Part shown: in pieces, positions 26,150 through 41,529 of the stretch
Numbering within the stretch: position 1 is the first letter of the stretch
How the letters are laid out: the number at the start of each line of letters is the position of its first letter
Assembly (NCBI GenBank): GCA_964016885.1
Contig: OZ024744.1
Span: 13,516,001-13,580,000 of the forward strand
Length of the DNA stretch: 64,000 nt
Reading direction: 5' to 3'
Source of the DNA: Eledone cirrhosa
Taxonomy: Eukaryota
The notes under the pieces: generated by a model
Databases searched by the model: none
Told to the model about the DNA's origin: nothing
What the model saw: only the letters and a program-made list of their open reading frames with translations
Made by a program: the position numbers and the translations under genes

Positions 26150-29100
26150 CATGTGGTTAGAATGTCTCAGTAGATCAGAGAGTCACTTCAGTTGAAGCCA
26201 CTCTCTAAATTGAGAGATCACAACTCCACATAGTATGGTCATGGGGTTTGAATGTCTCAGTAGATCAGAGTGTCAATCCAGTTAAAGTTACTCTCTAAAT
26301 TGAGAGATCACAACTCCAATACTATGGACATGGGCTTTGAATGTCTCAGTAGATCAGAGAGTCACTCCAGGTAAAGCTACACTCTAAATTGAGAGATCAC
26401 ATCTCCCATACTATGGAAATGTGGTTAGAATGTCTCAGTAGATCAGAGAGTCACTCCAGTTAAAGCTACTCTCTAAATTGAGAGATCACAACTCCCATAC
26501 TATGGAAATGTGGTTAGAATGTCTCAGTAGATCAGAGAGTCACTCCAGTTAAAGCCACTCTCTAAATTGAGAGATCAGAACTCCCATACTATGGACATGT
26601 TGTTAGAATGTCTCAGTAGATCAGAAAGTCACTCCAGTTAAAGCTACACTCTAAATTGAGAGATCACAATTCCTATACTATGGACATGGGGTTAGAATGT
26701 CTCAGTAGATCAGAGTGTCACTCCAGTTAAAGCTACTCTCTAAATTGAGGGATCACAACTCCCATACTATGGACATGTGGTTAGAATGTCTCAGTAGATC
26801 AGAGAGTCACTCCAGTTAAAGCCACTCTCTAAATTGAGAGATCACAATTCCAATACTATGGACATGGGGTTTGAATGTCTCAAGGATCAGGGAGTCACTT
26901 CAGTTAAAGCTACTCTCTAAATTGAGGGATCACAACTTCAATACTATGGGCATGGGGTTTGAAAGTCTCAGTAGATCAGAGTGTCACTCCAGTTAAAGCT
27001 ACTCTCTAAATTGAGAGATCACAACTCCCATACTATGGACATGTGGTTAGAATGTCTCAGTAGATCAGAGAGTCAGTCCAGTTAAAGCTACTCTCTAAAT
27101 TGAGAGATCACAACTCCCATAGTATGGACATGTGGTTAGAATGTCTCAGTAGATCAGAGAGTCACTCCAGTTAAAGCCACTCTCTAAATTGAGAGATCAC
27201 AACTCCTATACTATGGACATTTGGTGAGAATGTCTCAGTAGATCAGAGAGTCACTCCAGTTAAAGCTACTCTCTAAATTGAGAGTTCACAACTCCTATAC
27301 TATGGACATGGGGTTAGAATGTCTCAGTAGATCAGAGTGTTACTCCAGATAAAGCCACTCTCTAAATTGAGAGATCACAACTTCCATACTATGGACATGT
27401 GGTTAGAATGTCTCAGTAGATCAGAGAATCACTTCAGTTGAAGTTACTCTCTAAATTGAGAGATCACAACTCCAATAATATGGACATGGGGTTTGAATGT
27501 CTCAGTAGATCAGAAAGTCACTCCAGTTAAAGCTACACTCTAAATTGAGAGATCACAACTCCCATACTATGGATATGTGGTTAGAATGTCTCAGTAGATT
27601 AGAGTGTCAATCCAGTTAAAGCTACTCTCTAAATTGAGAGATCACAACTCCCATACTATGGACATGAGGGTAGAATGTCTCAGTAGATCAGAGAGTCACT
27701 CCAGTTAAAGCCACTAATTCTCTAAATTGAGAGATCACAACTCCCATACTATGGACATGTGGTTAGAATGTCTCAGTAGATCAGAGAGTCACTCCAGTTA
27801 AGCCACTCTCTAAATTGAGAGATCACAACTTCAATACTATGGACATGTGGTTAGAATGTCTCAGTAGATCAGAGAGTCACTCCAGTTAAAGCTACTCACT
27901 AAATTGAGAGATCACAACTCCCATACCATGGACATGGGGTTTGAATGTCTCAGTAGATAAAAGATTCACTCCAGTTAAAGCCACTCTCTAAATTGAGAGA
28001 TCACAACTCCAATACTATGGACATGTGGTTAGAATGTCTCAGTAGATCAGAGAGTCACTCCAGTTAAAGCTACTCACTAAATTGAGAGATCACAACTCCC
28101 ATACCATGGACATGGGGTTTGAATGTCTCAGTAGAGCAGAGATTCACTCCAGTTAAAGCCACTCTCTAAATTGAGAGATCACAACTCCAATACTATGGAC
28201 ATGTGGTTAGAATGTCTCAGTAGATCAGAGTGTCACTCCAGTTTAAGCCACTCTCTAAATTGAGGGATCACAACTCCCATACTATGGACATGTTGTTAGA
28301 ATGTCTCAGTAGATCGGAGAGTCACTCCAGTTAAAGCCACTCTCTAAATTGAGAGATCACAACTCCAATACTATGGACATGGGGTTTGAAAGTCTCAGTA
28401 GATTAGAGTGTCACTCCAGTTGAAGTTACTCTCTAAATTGAGAGATCACAACTCCAATACTATGGACATGGGGTTTGAATGTCTCAGTAGATCAGAGAGT
28501 CGCTCAAGTTAAAGCCACTCTCTAAATTGAGAGATCACAACTCCAATACTATGGACATGTGGTTAGAATGTCTCAGTAGATCAGAGTGTCACTCCAGTTA
28601 AAGCTACTCTCTAAATTGAGAGATTACAACTCCCATACTATGGACATGCGGTTAGAACGTCTCAGTAGATTAGAGTGTCATTCCAGTTAAAGCTACTCTC
28701 TAAATTGAGAGATCACAACTTCCATACTATGGACATGTGGTTAGAATGTCTCAGTAGATCAGAGAATCACTTCAGTTGAAGTTACTCTCTAAATTGAGAG
28801 ATCACAACTCCAATACTATGGACATGGGGTTTGAATGTCTCAGTAGATCAGAGAGTCGCTCAAGTTAAAGCCACTCTCTAAATTGAGAGATCAGAACTCC
28901 AATACTATGGACATGTGGTTAGAATGTCTCAGTAGATCAGAGAGTCACTTCAGTTGAAGCCACTCTCTAAATTGAGAGATCACAACTCCACATAGTATGG
29001 TCATGGGGTTTGAATGTCTCAGTAGATCAGAGTGTCAATCCAGTTAAAGTTACTCTCTAAATTGAGAGATCACAACTCCAATACTATGGACATGGGCTTT

Positions 29101-32100
29101 GAATGTCTCAGTAGATAAGAGAGTCACTCCAGGTAAAGCTACACTCTAAATTGAGAGATCACATCTCCCATACTATGGAAATGTGGTTAGAATGTCTCAG
29201 TAGATCAGAGAGTCACTCCAGTTAAAGCTACTCTCTAAATTGAGAGATCACAACTCCCATACTATGGAAATGTGGTTAGAATGTCTCAGTAGATCAGAGA
29301 GTCACTCCAGTTAAAGCCACTCTCTAAATTGAGAGATCAGAACTCCCATACTATGGACATGTTGTTAGAATGTCTCAGTAGATCAGAAAGTCACTCCAGT
29401 TAAAGCTACACTCTAAATTGAGAGATCACAATTCCTATACTATGGACATGGGGTTAGAATGTCTCAGTAGATCAGAGTGTCACTCCAGTTAAAGCTACTC
29501 TCTAAATTGAGGGATCACAACTCCCATACTATGGACATGTGGTTAGAATGTCTCAGTAGATCAGAGAGTCACTCCAGTTAAAGCCACTCTCTAAATTGAG
29601 AGATCACAATTCCAATACTATGGACATGGGGTTTGAATGTCTCAAGGATCAGGGAGTCACTTCAGTTAAAGCTACTCTCTAAATTGAGGGATCACAACTT
29701 CAATACTATGGGCATGGGGTTTGAAAGTCTCAGTAGATCAGAGTGTCACTCCAGTTAAAGCTACTCTCTAAATTGAGAGATCACAACTCCCATACTATGG
29801 ACATGTGGTTAGAATGTCTCAGTAGATCAGAGAGTCAGTCCAGTTAAAGCTACTCTCTAAATTGAGAGATCACAACTCCCATACTATGGACATGTGGTTA
29901 GAATGTCTCAGTAGATCAGAGAGGCACTCCAGTTAAAGCTACTCTCTAAATTGAGAGATCAAATCTCCCATACTATGGACATGTGGTTAGAATGTCTCAG
30001 TAGATCAGAGAGTCACTCCAGTTAAAGCTACTCTCTAAATTGAGAGATCACAACTCCCATAGTATGGACATGTGGTTAGAATGTCTCAGTAGATCAGAGA
30101 GTCACTCCAGTTAAAGCCACTCTCTAAATTGAGAGATCACAACTCCTATACTATGGACATTTGGTGAGAATGTCTCAGTAGATCAGAGAGTCACTCCAGT
30201 TAAAGCTACTCTCTAAATTGAGAGTTCACAACTCCTATACTATGGACATGGGGTTAGAATGTCTCAGTAGATCAGAGTGTTACTCCAGATAAAGCCACTC
30301 TCTAAATTGAGAGATCACAACTTCCATACTATGGACATGTGGTTAGAATGTCTCAGTAGATCAGAGAATCACTTCAGTTGAAGTTACTCTCTAAATTGAG
30401 AGATCACAACTCCAATAATATGGACATGGGGTTTGAATGTCTCAGTAGATCAGAGATTCGCTCAAGTTAAAGCCACTCTCTAAATTGAGAGATCACAACT
30501 GCAATACTATGGACATGTGGTTAGAATGTCTCAGTAGATCAGAGTGTCACTCCAGTTAAAGCTACTCTCTAAATTGAGAGATCACAACTCCAATAGTATG
30601 GTCTGGGGTTTGAATGTCTCAGTAGATCAGAGTGTCAATCCAGTTAAAGTTACTCTCTAAATTGAGAGATCACAACTCCAATAATATGGACATGTGGTTA
30701 GAATGTCTCAGTAGATCAGAAAGTCACTCCAGTTAAAGCTACACTCTAAATTGAGAGATCACAACTCCCATACTATGGATATGTGGTTAGAATGTCTCAG
30801 TAGATTAGAGTGTCAATCCAGTTAAAGCTACTCTCTAAATTGAGAGATCACAACTCCCATACTATGGACATGAGGGTAGAATGTCTCAGTAGATCAGAGA
30901 GTCACTCCAGTTAAAGCCACTAATTCTCTAAATTGAGAGATCACAACTCCCATACTATGGACATGTGGTTAGAATGTCTCAGTAGATCAGAGAGTCACTC
31001 CAGTTAAGCCACTCTCTAAATTGAGAGATCACAACTTCAATACTATGGACATGTGGTTAGAATGTCTCAGTAGATCAGAGAGTCACTCCAGTTAAAGCTA
31101 CTCACTAAATTGAGAGATCACAACTCCCATACCATGGACATGGGGTTTGAATGTCTCAGTAGATCAGAGATTCACTCCAGTTAAAGCCACTCTCTAAATT
31201 GAGAGATCACAACTCCAATACTATGGACATGTGGTTAGAATGTCTCAGTAGATCAGAGAGTCACTCCAGTTAAAGCTACTCACTAAATTGAGAGATCACA
31301 ACTCCCATACCATGGACATGGGGTTTGAATGTCTCAGTAGAGCAGAGATTCACTCCAGTTAAAGCCACTCTCTAAATTGAGAGATCACAACTCCAATACT
31401 ATGGACATGTGGTTAGAATGTCTCAGTAGATCAGAGTGTCACTCCAGTTTAAGCCACTCTCTAAATTGAGGGATCACAACTCCCATACTATGGACATGTT
31501 GTTAGAATGTCTCAGTAGATCGGAGAGTCACTCCAGTTAAAGCCACTCTCTAAATTGAGAGATCACAACTCCAATACTATGGACATGGGGTTTGAAAGTC
31601 TCAGTAGATTAGAGTGTCACTCCAGTTGAAGTTACTCTCTAAATTGAGAGATCACAACTCCAATACTATGGACATGGGGTTTGAATGTCTCAGTAGATCA
31701 GAGAGTCGCTCAAGTTAAAGCCACTCTCTAAATTGAGAGATCACAACTCCAATACTATGGACATGTGGTTAGAATGTCTCAGTAGATCAGAGTGTCACTC
31801 CAGTTAAAGCTACTCTCTAAATTGAGAGATTACAACTCCCATACTATGGACATGCGGTTAGAACGTCTCAGTAGATTAGAGTGTCATTCCAGTTAAAGCT
31901 ACTCTCTAAATTGAGAGATCACAACTTCCATACTATGGACATGTGGTTAGAATGTCTCAGTAGATCAGAGAATCACTTCAGTTGAAGTTACTCTCTAAAT
32001 TGAGAGATCACAACTCCAATACTATGGACATGGGGTTTGAATGTCTCAGTAGATCAGAGAGTCGCTCAAGTTAAAGCCACTCTCTAAATTGAGAGATCAG
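26150..32100. repeat. Tandem duplication of an about 31-monomer block; the second copy has 5 more monomers
   Basis: TGGGCTTT 26331/29093 (offset 2762); AGAGTTCACA 27281/30221 (offset 2940); GTAGAGCAGA 28131/31337 (offset 3206). Confidence 0.85.
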
Positions 32101-33279
32101 AACTCCCATACTATGGACATGTTGTTAGAATGTCTCAGTAGATCGGAGAGTCACTCCAGTTAAAGCCACTCTCTAAATTGAGAGATCACAACTCCAATAC
32201 TATGGACATGGGGTTGGAAAGTCTCAGTAGATTAGAGTGTCACTCCAGTTGAAGTTACTCTCTAAATTGAGAGATCACAACTCCAATACTATGGACATGG
32301 GGTTTGAATGTCTCAGTAGATCAGAGAGTCGCTCAAGTTAAAGCCACTCTCTAAATTGAGAGATCACAACTCCAATACTATGGACATGTGGTTAGAATGT
32401 CTCAGTAGATCAGAGTGTCACTCCAGTTAAAGCTACTCTCTAAATTGAGAGATTACAACTCCCATACTATGGACATGTGGTTAGAACGTCTCAGTAGATT
32501 AGATGGTCATTCCAGTTAAAGCTACTCTCTAAATTGAGAGATCACAACTCCCATACTATGGACATGTGGGTAGAATGTCTCAGTAGATCAGAGAGTCACT
32601 CCAGTTAAAGCGACTAATTCTCTAAATTGAGAGATCACAACTCCCATACTATGGACATGTGGTTAGAATGTCTCAGTAGATTAGAGTGTCATTCCAGTTA
32701 AAGCTACTCTCTAAATTGAGAGATCAGAACTCCAATACTATGGACATGTGGTTAGAATGTCTCAGTAGATCAGAGTGTCACTCCAGTTAAAGCTACTCTC
32801 TAAATTGAGAGATTACAACTCCTATACTATGGACATGGGGTTAGAATGTCTCAGTAGATCAGAGTGTCACTCCAGTTAAAGCCACTCTCTAAATTGAAAC
32901 ATCACAACTCCCATACTATGGACATGTTGTTAGAATGTCTCAGTAGATCAGTGAGTCACTCCAGTTAAAGCCACTCTCTAAATTGAGAGATCACAACCCC
33001 AATACTATGGACATGGGGTTTGAAAGTCTCAGTAGATTAGAGTGTCACTCCAGTTAAAGCTTCTCTCTAAATTGAGATATCACAACTCCAATACTATGGA
33101 CATGGGGTTTGAATGTCTCAGTAGATCAGAGAGTCGCTCAAGTTAAAGCCACTCTCTAAATTGAGAGATCACAACTCCAATACTATGGACATGTGGTTAG
33201 AATGTCTCAGTAGATCAGAGTGTCACTCCAGTTAAAGCTACTCTCTAAATTGAGAGATCACATCTCCCATACTATGGAC

Positions 33280-36200
33280 ATGTGGTTAGAATGTCTCAGT
33301 AGATCAGAGAGTCACTCCAGTTAAAGCTGCTCTCTAAATTGAGAGATCACAACTCCCATACTATGGACATGGGGTTTGAATGTCTCACTAGATCAGAGAG
33401 TCACTCCAGTTAAAGCTACTCTCTAAATTGAGAGATCACAACTCCAATACTATGGACATGTGGTTAGAATGTCTCAGTAGATCAGAGAATCATTCCAGTT
33501 AAAGCTACTCTCTATATTGAGAGATCACATCTCCCATACTATGGACATGTGGTTAGAATGTCTCAGTAGAACAGAGAGTCTCTCTTGTTAAAGCTACTCT
33601 CTAAATTGGGAGATCACAACTCCAATACTATGGACATGTGGTTAGAATGTCTCAGTAGATCAGAAAGTCACTCCAGTTAAAGCTACACTCTAAATTGAGA
33701 GATCACAATTCCTATACTATGGACATTTGGTTAGAATGTCTCAGTAGATCAGAGAGTCACTTCAGTTGAAGCCACTCTCTAAATTGAGAGATCACAACTC
33801 CACATAGTATGGTCATGGGGTTTGAATGTCTCAGTAGATCAGAGTGTCAATCCAGTTAAAGTTACTCTCTAAATTGAGAGATCACAACTCCAATACTATG
33901 GACATGGGCTTTGAATGTCTCAGTAGATCAGAGAGTCACTCCAGGTAAAGCTACACTCTAAATTGAGAGATCACATCTCCCATCCTATGGAAATGTGGTT
34001 AGAATGTCTCAGTAGATCAGAGAGTCACTCCAGTTAAAGCTACTCTTTAAATTGAGAGATCACAACTCCCATACTATGGAAATGTGGTTAGAATGTCTCA
34101 GTAGATGAGAGAGTCACTCCAGTTAAAGCCACTCTCTAAATTGAGAGATCAGAACTCCCATACTATGGACATGTTGTTAGAATGTCTCAGTAGATCAGAA
34201 AGTCACTCCAGTTAAAGCTACTCTCTAAATTGAGAGATCACAATTCCTATACTATGGACATGGGGTTAGAATGTCTCAGTAGATCAGAGTGTCACTCCAG
34301 TTAAAGCTACTCTCTAAATTGAGGGATCACAACTCCCATACTATGGACATGTGGTTAGAATGTCTCAGTAGATCAGAGAGTCACTCCAGTTAAAGCCACT
34401 CTCTAAATTGAGAGATCACAATTCCAATACTATGGACATGGGGTTTGAATGTCTCAAGGATCAGGGAGTCACTTCAGTTAAAGCTACTCTCTAAATTGAG
34501 GGATCACAACTTCAATACTATGGGCATGGGGTTTGAAAGTCTCAGTAGATCAGAGTGTCACTCCAGTTAAAGCTACTCTCTAAATTGAGAGATCACAACT
34601 CCCATACTATGGACATGTGGTTAGAATGTCTCAGTAGATCAGAGAGTCAGTCCAGTTAAAGCTACTCTCTAAATTGAGAGATCACAACTCCCATACTATG
34701 GACATGTGGTTAGAATGTCTCAGTAGATCAGAGAGGCACTCCAGTTAAAGCTACTCTCTAAATTGAGAGATCAAATCTCCCATACTATGGACATGTGGTT
34801 AGAATGTCTCAGTAGATCAGAGAGTCACTCCAGTTAAAGCTACTCTCTAAATTGAGAGATCACAACTCCCATAGTATGGACATGTGGTTAGAATGTCTCA
34901 GTAGATCAGAGAGTCACTCCAGTTAAAGCCACTCTCTAAATTGAGAGATCACAACTCCTATACTATGGACATTTGGTGAGAATGTCTCAGTAGATCAGAG
35001 AGTCACTCCAGTTAAAGCTACTCTCTAAATTGAGAGTTCACAACTCCTATACTATGGACATGGGGTTAGAATGTCTCAGTAGATCAGAGAGTCACTCCAG
35101 TTAAAGCTGCTCTCTAAATTGAGAGATCACAACTCCCATACTATGGACATGGGGTTTGAATGTCTCACTAGATCAGAGAGTCACTCCAGTTAAAGCTACT
35201 CTCTAAATTGAGAGATCACAACTCCAATACTATGGACATGTGGTTAGAATGTCTCAGTAGATCAGAGAATCATTCCAGTTAAAGCTACTCTCTATATTGA
35301 GAGATCACATCTCCCATACTATGGACATGTGGTTAGAATGTCTCAGTAGAACAGAGAGTCTCTCTTGTTAAAGCTACTCTCTAAATTGGGAGATCACAAC
35401 TCCAATACTATGGACATGTGGTTAGAATGTCTCAGTAGATCAGAAAGTCACTCCAGTTAAAGCTACACTCTAAATTGAGAGATCACAATTCCTATACTAT
35501 GGACATTTGGTTAGAATGTCTCAGTAGATCAGAGAGTCACTTCAGTTGAAGCCACTCTCTAAATTGAGAGATCACAACTCCACATAGTATGGTCATGGGG
35601 TTTGAATGTCTCAGTAGATCAGAGTGTCAATCCAGTTAAAGTTACTCTCTAAATTGAGAGATCACAACTCCAATACTATGGACATGGGCTTTGAATGTCT
35701 CAGTAGATCAGAGAGTCACTCCAGGTAAAGCTACACTCTAAATTGAGAGATCACATCTCCCATACTATGGAAATGTGGTTAGAATGTCTCAGTAGATCAG
35801 AGAGTCACACCAGTTAAAGCTACTCTCTAAATTGAGAGATCACAACTCCCATACTATGGAAATGTGGTTAGAATGTCTCAGTAGATCAGAGAGTCACTCC
35901 AGTTAAAGCCACTCTCTAAATTGAGAGATCAGAACTCCCATACTATGGACATGTTGTTAGAATATCTCAGTAGATCAGAAAGTCACTCCAGTTAAAGCTA
36001 CACTCTAAATTGAGAGATCACAATTCCTATACTATGGACATGGGGTTAGAATGTCTCAGTAGATCAGAGTGTCACTCCAGTTAAAGCTACTCTCTAAATT
36101 GAGGGATCACAACTCCCATACTATGGACATGTGGTTAGAATGTCTCAGTAGATCAGAGAGTCACTCCAGTTAAAGCCACTCTCTAAATTGAGAGATCACA

Positions 36201-36870
36201 ATTCCAATACTATGGACATGGGGTTTGAATGTCTCAAGGATCAGGGAGTCACTTCAGTTAAAGCTACTCTCTAAATTGAGGGATCACAACTTCAATACTA
36301 TGGGCATGGGGTTTGAAAGTCTCAGTAGATCAGAGTGTCACTCCAGTTAAAGCTACTCTCTAAATTGAGAGATCACAACTCCCATACTATGGACATGTGG
36401 TTAGAAGGTCTCAGTAGATCAGAGAGTCAGTCCAGTTAAAGCTACTCTCTAAATTGAGAGATCACAACTCCCATACTATGGATATGTGGTTAGAATGTCT
36501 CAGTAGATCAGAGAGGCACTCCAGTTAAAGCTACTCTCTAAATTGAGAGATCAAATCTCCCATACTATGGACATGTGGTTAGAATGTCTCAGTAGATCAG
36601 AGAGTCACTCCAGTTAAAGCTACTCTCTAAATTGAGAGATCACAACTCCCATAGTATGGACATGTGGTTAGAATGTCTCAGTAGATCAGAGAGTCACTCC
36701 AGTTAAAGCCACTCTCTAAATTGAGAGATCACAACTCCTATACTATGGACATTTGGTGAGAATGTCTCAGTAGATCAGAGAGTCACTCCAGTTAAAGCTA
36801 CTCTCTAAATTGAGAGTTCACAACTCCTATACTATGGACATGGGGTTAGAATGTCTCAGTAGATCAGAGT
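33280..36870. repeat. Tandem duplication of a 20-monomer unit (1780 bp)
   Basis: TTAAAGCTGC at 33321 and 35101 (offset 1780 = 20x89). Both copies share GTAGAACAGAGAGTCTCTCTTG, TTGGGAGATC, CTCAAGGATCAGGG, GATCAAATCTCC and GAGTTCAC in the same order. Confidence 0.9.
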
Positions 36871-38399
36871 GTTACTCCAGATAAAGCCACTCTCTAAATT
36901 GAGAGATCACAACTTCCATACTATGGACATGTGGTTAGAATGTCTCAGTAGATCAGAGAATCACTTCAGTTGAAGTTACTCTCTAAATTGAGAGATCACA
37001 ACTCCAATACTATGGACATGGGGTTTGAATGTCTCAGTAGATCAGAGAGTCGCTCAAGTTAAAGCCACTCTCTAAATTGAGAGATCACAACTCCAATACT
37101 ATGGACATGTGGTTAGAATGTCTCAGTAGATCAGAGTGTCACTCCAGTTAAAGCTACTCTCTAAATTGAGAGATCACAACTCCAATAGTATGGTCTGGGG
37201 TTTGAATGTCTCAATAGATCAGAGTGTCAATCCAGTTAAAGTTACTCTCTAAATTGAGAGATCACAACTCCAATAATATGGACATGTGGTTAGAATGTCT
37301 CAGTAGATCAGAAAGTCACTCCAGTTAAAGCTACACTCTAAATTGAGAGATCACAACTCCCATACTATGGATATGTGGTTAGAATGTCTCAGTAGATTAG
37401 AGTGTCAATCCAGTTAAAGCTACTCTCTAAATTGAGAGATCACAACTCCCATACTATGGACATGAGGGTAGAATGTCTCAGTAGATCAGAGAGTCACTCC
37501 AGTTAAAGCCACTAATTCTCTAAATTGAGAGATCACAACTCCCATACTATGGACATGTGGTTAGAATGTCTCAGTAGATCAGAGAGTCACTCCAGTTAAG
37601 CCACTCTCTAAATTGAGAGATCACAACTTCAATACTATGGACATGTGGTTAGAATGTCTCAGTAGATCAGAGAGTCACTCCAGTTAAAGCTACTCACTAA
37701 ATTGAGAGATCACAACTCCCATACCATGGACATGGGGTTTGAATGTCTCAGTAGATCAGAGATTCACTCCAGTTAAAGCCACTCTCTAAATTGAGAGATC
37801 ACAACTCCAATACTATGGACATGTGGTTAGAATGTCTCAGTAGATCAGAGAGTCACTCCAGTTAAAGCTACTCACTAAATTGAGAGATCACAACTCCCAT
37901 ACCATGGACATGGGGTTTGAATGTCTCAGTAGATCAGAGATTCACTCCAGTTAAAGCCACTCTCTAAATTGAGAGATCACAACTCCAATACTATGGACAT
38001 GTGGTTAGAATGTCTCAGTAGAGCAGAGATTCACTCCAGTTGAAGCCACTCTCTAAATTGAGAGATCACAACTCCAATACTATGGACATGTGGTTAGAAT
38101 GTCTCAGTAGATCAGAGTGTCACTCCAGTTTAAGCCACTCTCTAAATTGAGGGATCACAACTCCCATACTATGGACATGTTGTTAGAATGTCTCAGTAGA
38201 TCGGAGAGTCACTCCAGTTAAAGCCACTCTCTAAATTGAGAGATCACAACTCCAATACTATGGACATGGGGTTTGAAAGTCTCAGTAGATTAGAGTGTCA
38301 CTCCAGTTGAAGTTACTCTCTAAATTGAGAGATTACAACTCCCATACTATGGACATGTGGTTAGAACGTCTCAGTAGATTAGAGTGTCATTCCAGTTAA

Positions 38400-41120
38400 A
38401 GCTACTCTCTAAATTGAGAGATCACAACTCCAATACTATGGACATGGGGTTTGAATGTCTCAGTAGATCAGAGAGTCGCTCAAGTTAAAGCCACTCTCTA
38501 AATTGAGAGATCAGAACTCCAATACTATGGACATGTGGTTAGAATGTCTCAGTAGATCAGAGTGTCACTCCAGTTAAAGCTACTCTCTAAATTGAGAGAT
38601 CACAACTCCAATAGTATGGTCTGGGGTTTGAATGTCTCAGTAGATCAGAGTGTCAATCCAGTTAAAGTTACTCTCTAAATTGAGAGATCACAACTCCAAT
38701 AATATGGACATGTGGTTAGAATGTCTCAGTAGATCAGAAAGTCACTCCAGTTAAAGCTACACTCTAAATTGAGAGATCACAACTCCCATACTATGGATAT
38801 GTGGTTAGAATGTCTCAGTAGATTAGAGTGTCAATCCAGTTAAAGCTACTCTCTAAATTGAGAGATCACAACTCCCATACTATGGACATGAGGGTAGAAT
38901 GTCTCAGTAGATCAGAGAGTCACTCCAGTTAAAGCCACTAATTCTCTAAATTGAGAGATCACAACTCCCATACTATGGACATGTGGTTAGAATGTCTCAG
39001 TAGATCAGAGAGTCACTCCAGTTAAGCCACTCTCTAAATTGAGAGATCACAACTTCAATACTATGGACATGTGGTTAGAATGTCTCAGTAGATCAGAGAG
39101 TCACTCCAGTTAAAGCTACTCACTAAATTGAGAGATCACAACTCCCATACCATGGACATGTGGTTAGAATGTCTCAGTAGATCAGAGTGTCACTCCAGTT
39201 AAAGCTACTCTCTAAATTGAGAGATTACAACTCCCATACTATGGACATGTGGTTAGAACGTCTCAGTAGATTAGAGTGTCATTCCAGTTAAAGCTACTCT
39301 CTAAATTGAGAGATCACAACTTCCATACTATGGACATGTGGTTAGAATGTCTCAGTAGATCAGAGAATCACTTCAGTTGAAGTTACTCTCTAAATTGAGA
39401 GATCACAACTCCAATACTATGGACATGGGGTTTGAATGTCTCAGTAGATCAGAGAGTCGCTCAAGTTAAAGCCACTCTCTAAATTGAGAGATCACAACTC
39501 CAATACTATGGACATGTGGTTAGAATGTCTCAGTAGATCAGAGTGTCACTCCAGTTAAAGCTACTCTCTAAATTGAGAGATCACAACTCCAATAGTATGG
39601 TCTGGGGTTTGAATGTCTCAGTAGATCAGAGTGTCAATCCAGTTAAAGTTACTCTCTAAATTGAGAGATCACAACTCCAATAATATGGACATGTGGTTAG
39701 AATGTCTCAGTAGATCAGAAAGTCACTCCAGTTAAAGCTACACTCTAAATTGAGAGATCACAACTCCCATACTATGGATATGTGGTTAGAATGTCTCAGT
39801 AGATTAGAGTGTCAATCCAGTTAAAGCTACTCTCTAAATTGAGAGATCACAACTCCCATACTATGGACATGAGGGTAGAATGTCTCAGTAGATCAGAGAG
39901 TCACTCCAGTTAAAGCCACTAATTCTCTAAATTGAGAGATCACAACTCCCATACTATGGACATGTGGTTAGAATGTCTCAGTAGATCAGAGAGTCACTCC
40001 AGTTAAGCCACTCTCTAAATTGAGAGATCACAACTTCAATACTATGGACATGTGGTTAGAATGTCTCAGTAGATCAGAGAGTCACTCCAGTTAAAGCTAC
40101 TCACTAAATTGAGAGATCACAACTCCCATACCATGGACATGTGGTTAGAATGTCTCAGTAGATCAGAGTGTCACTCCAGTTAAAGCTACTCTCTAAATTG
40201 AGAGATTACAACTCCCATACTATGGACATGTGGTTAGAACGTCTCAGTAGATTAGAGTGTCATTCCAGTTAAAGCTACTCTCTAAATTGAGAGATCACAA
40301 CTTCCATACTATGGACATGTGGTTAGAATGTCTCAGTAGATCAGAGAATCACTTCAGTTGAAGTTACTCTCTAAATTGAGAGATCACAACTCCAATACTA
40401 TGGACATGGGGTTTGAATGTCTCAGTAGATCAGAGAGTCGCTCAAGTTAAAGCCACTCTCTAAATTGAGAGATCACAACTCCAATACTATGGACATGTGG
40501 TTAGAATGTCTCAGTAGATCAGAGTGTCACTCCAGTTAAAGCTACTCTCTAAATTGAGAGATCACAACTCCAATAGTATGGTCTGGGGTTTGAATGTCTC
40601 AGTAGATCAGAGTGTCAATCCAGTTAAAGTTACTCTCTAAATTGAGAGATCACAACTCCAATAATATGGACATGTGGTTAGAATGTCTCAGTAGATCAGA
40701 AAGTCACTCCAGTTAAAGCTACACTCTAAATTGAGAGATCACAACTCCCATACTATGGATATGTGGTTAGAATGTCTCAGTAGATTAGAGTGTCAATCCA
40801 GTTAAAGCTACTCTCTAAATTGAGAGATCACAACTCCCATACTATGGACATGAGGGTAGAATGTCTCAGTAGATCAGAGAGTCACTCCAGTTAAAGCCAC
40901 TAATTCTCTAAATTGAGAGATCACAACTCCCATACTATGGACATGTGGTTAGAATGTCTCAGTAGATCAGAGAGTCACTCCAGTTAAGCCACTCTCTAAA
41001 TTGAGAGATCACAACTTCAATACTATGGACATGTGGTTAGAATGTCTCAGTAGATCAGAGAGTCACTCCAGTTAAAGCTACTCACTAAATTGAGAGATCA
41101 CAACTCCCATACCATGGACA
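38400..41120. repeat. About three tandem copies of an 11-monomer unit (981 bp)
   Basis: The CTGGGG of the GGTCTGGGGTTT 1-bp deletion variant lies at 38621, 39602 and 40583; the AATT insertion at 38940, 39921 and 40902; 981 = 11x89+4-1-1. Confidence 0.92.
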
Positions 41121-41529
41121 TGGGGTTTGAACGTCTCAGTAGATCAGAGATTCACTCCAGTTAAAGCCACTCTCTAAATTGAGAGATCACAACTCCAATA
41201 CTATGGACATGTGGTTAGAATGTCTCAGTAGATCAGAGAGTCACTCCAGTTAAAGCTACTCACTAAATTGAGAGATCACAACTCCCATACCATGGACATG
41301 GGGTTTGAATGTCTCAGTAGATCAGAGATTCACTCCAGTTAAAGCCACTCTCTAAATTGAGAGATCACAACTCCAATACTATGGACATGTGGTTAGAATG
41401 TCTCAGTAGATCAGAGTGTCACTCCAGTTTAAGCCACTCTCTAAATTGAGGGATCACAACTCCCATACTATGGACATGTTGTTAGAATGTCTCAGTAGAT
41501 CGGAGAGTCACTCCAGTTAAAGCCACTCT

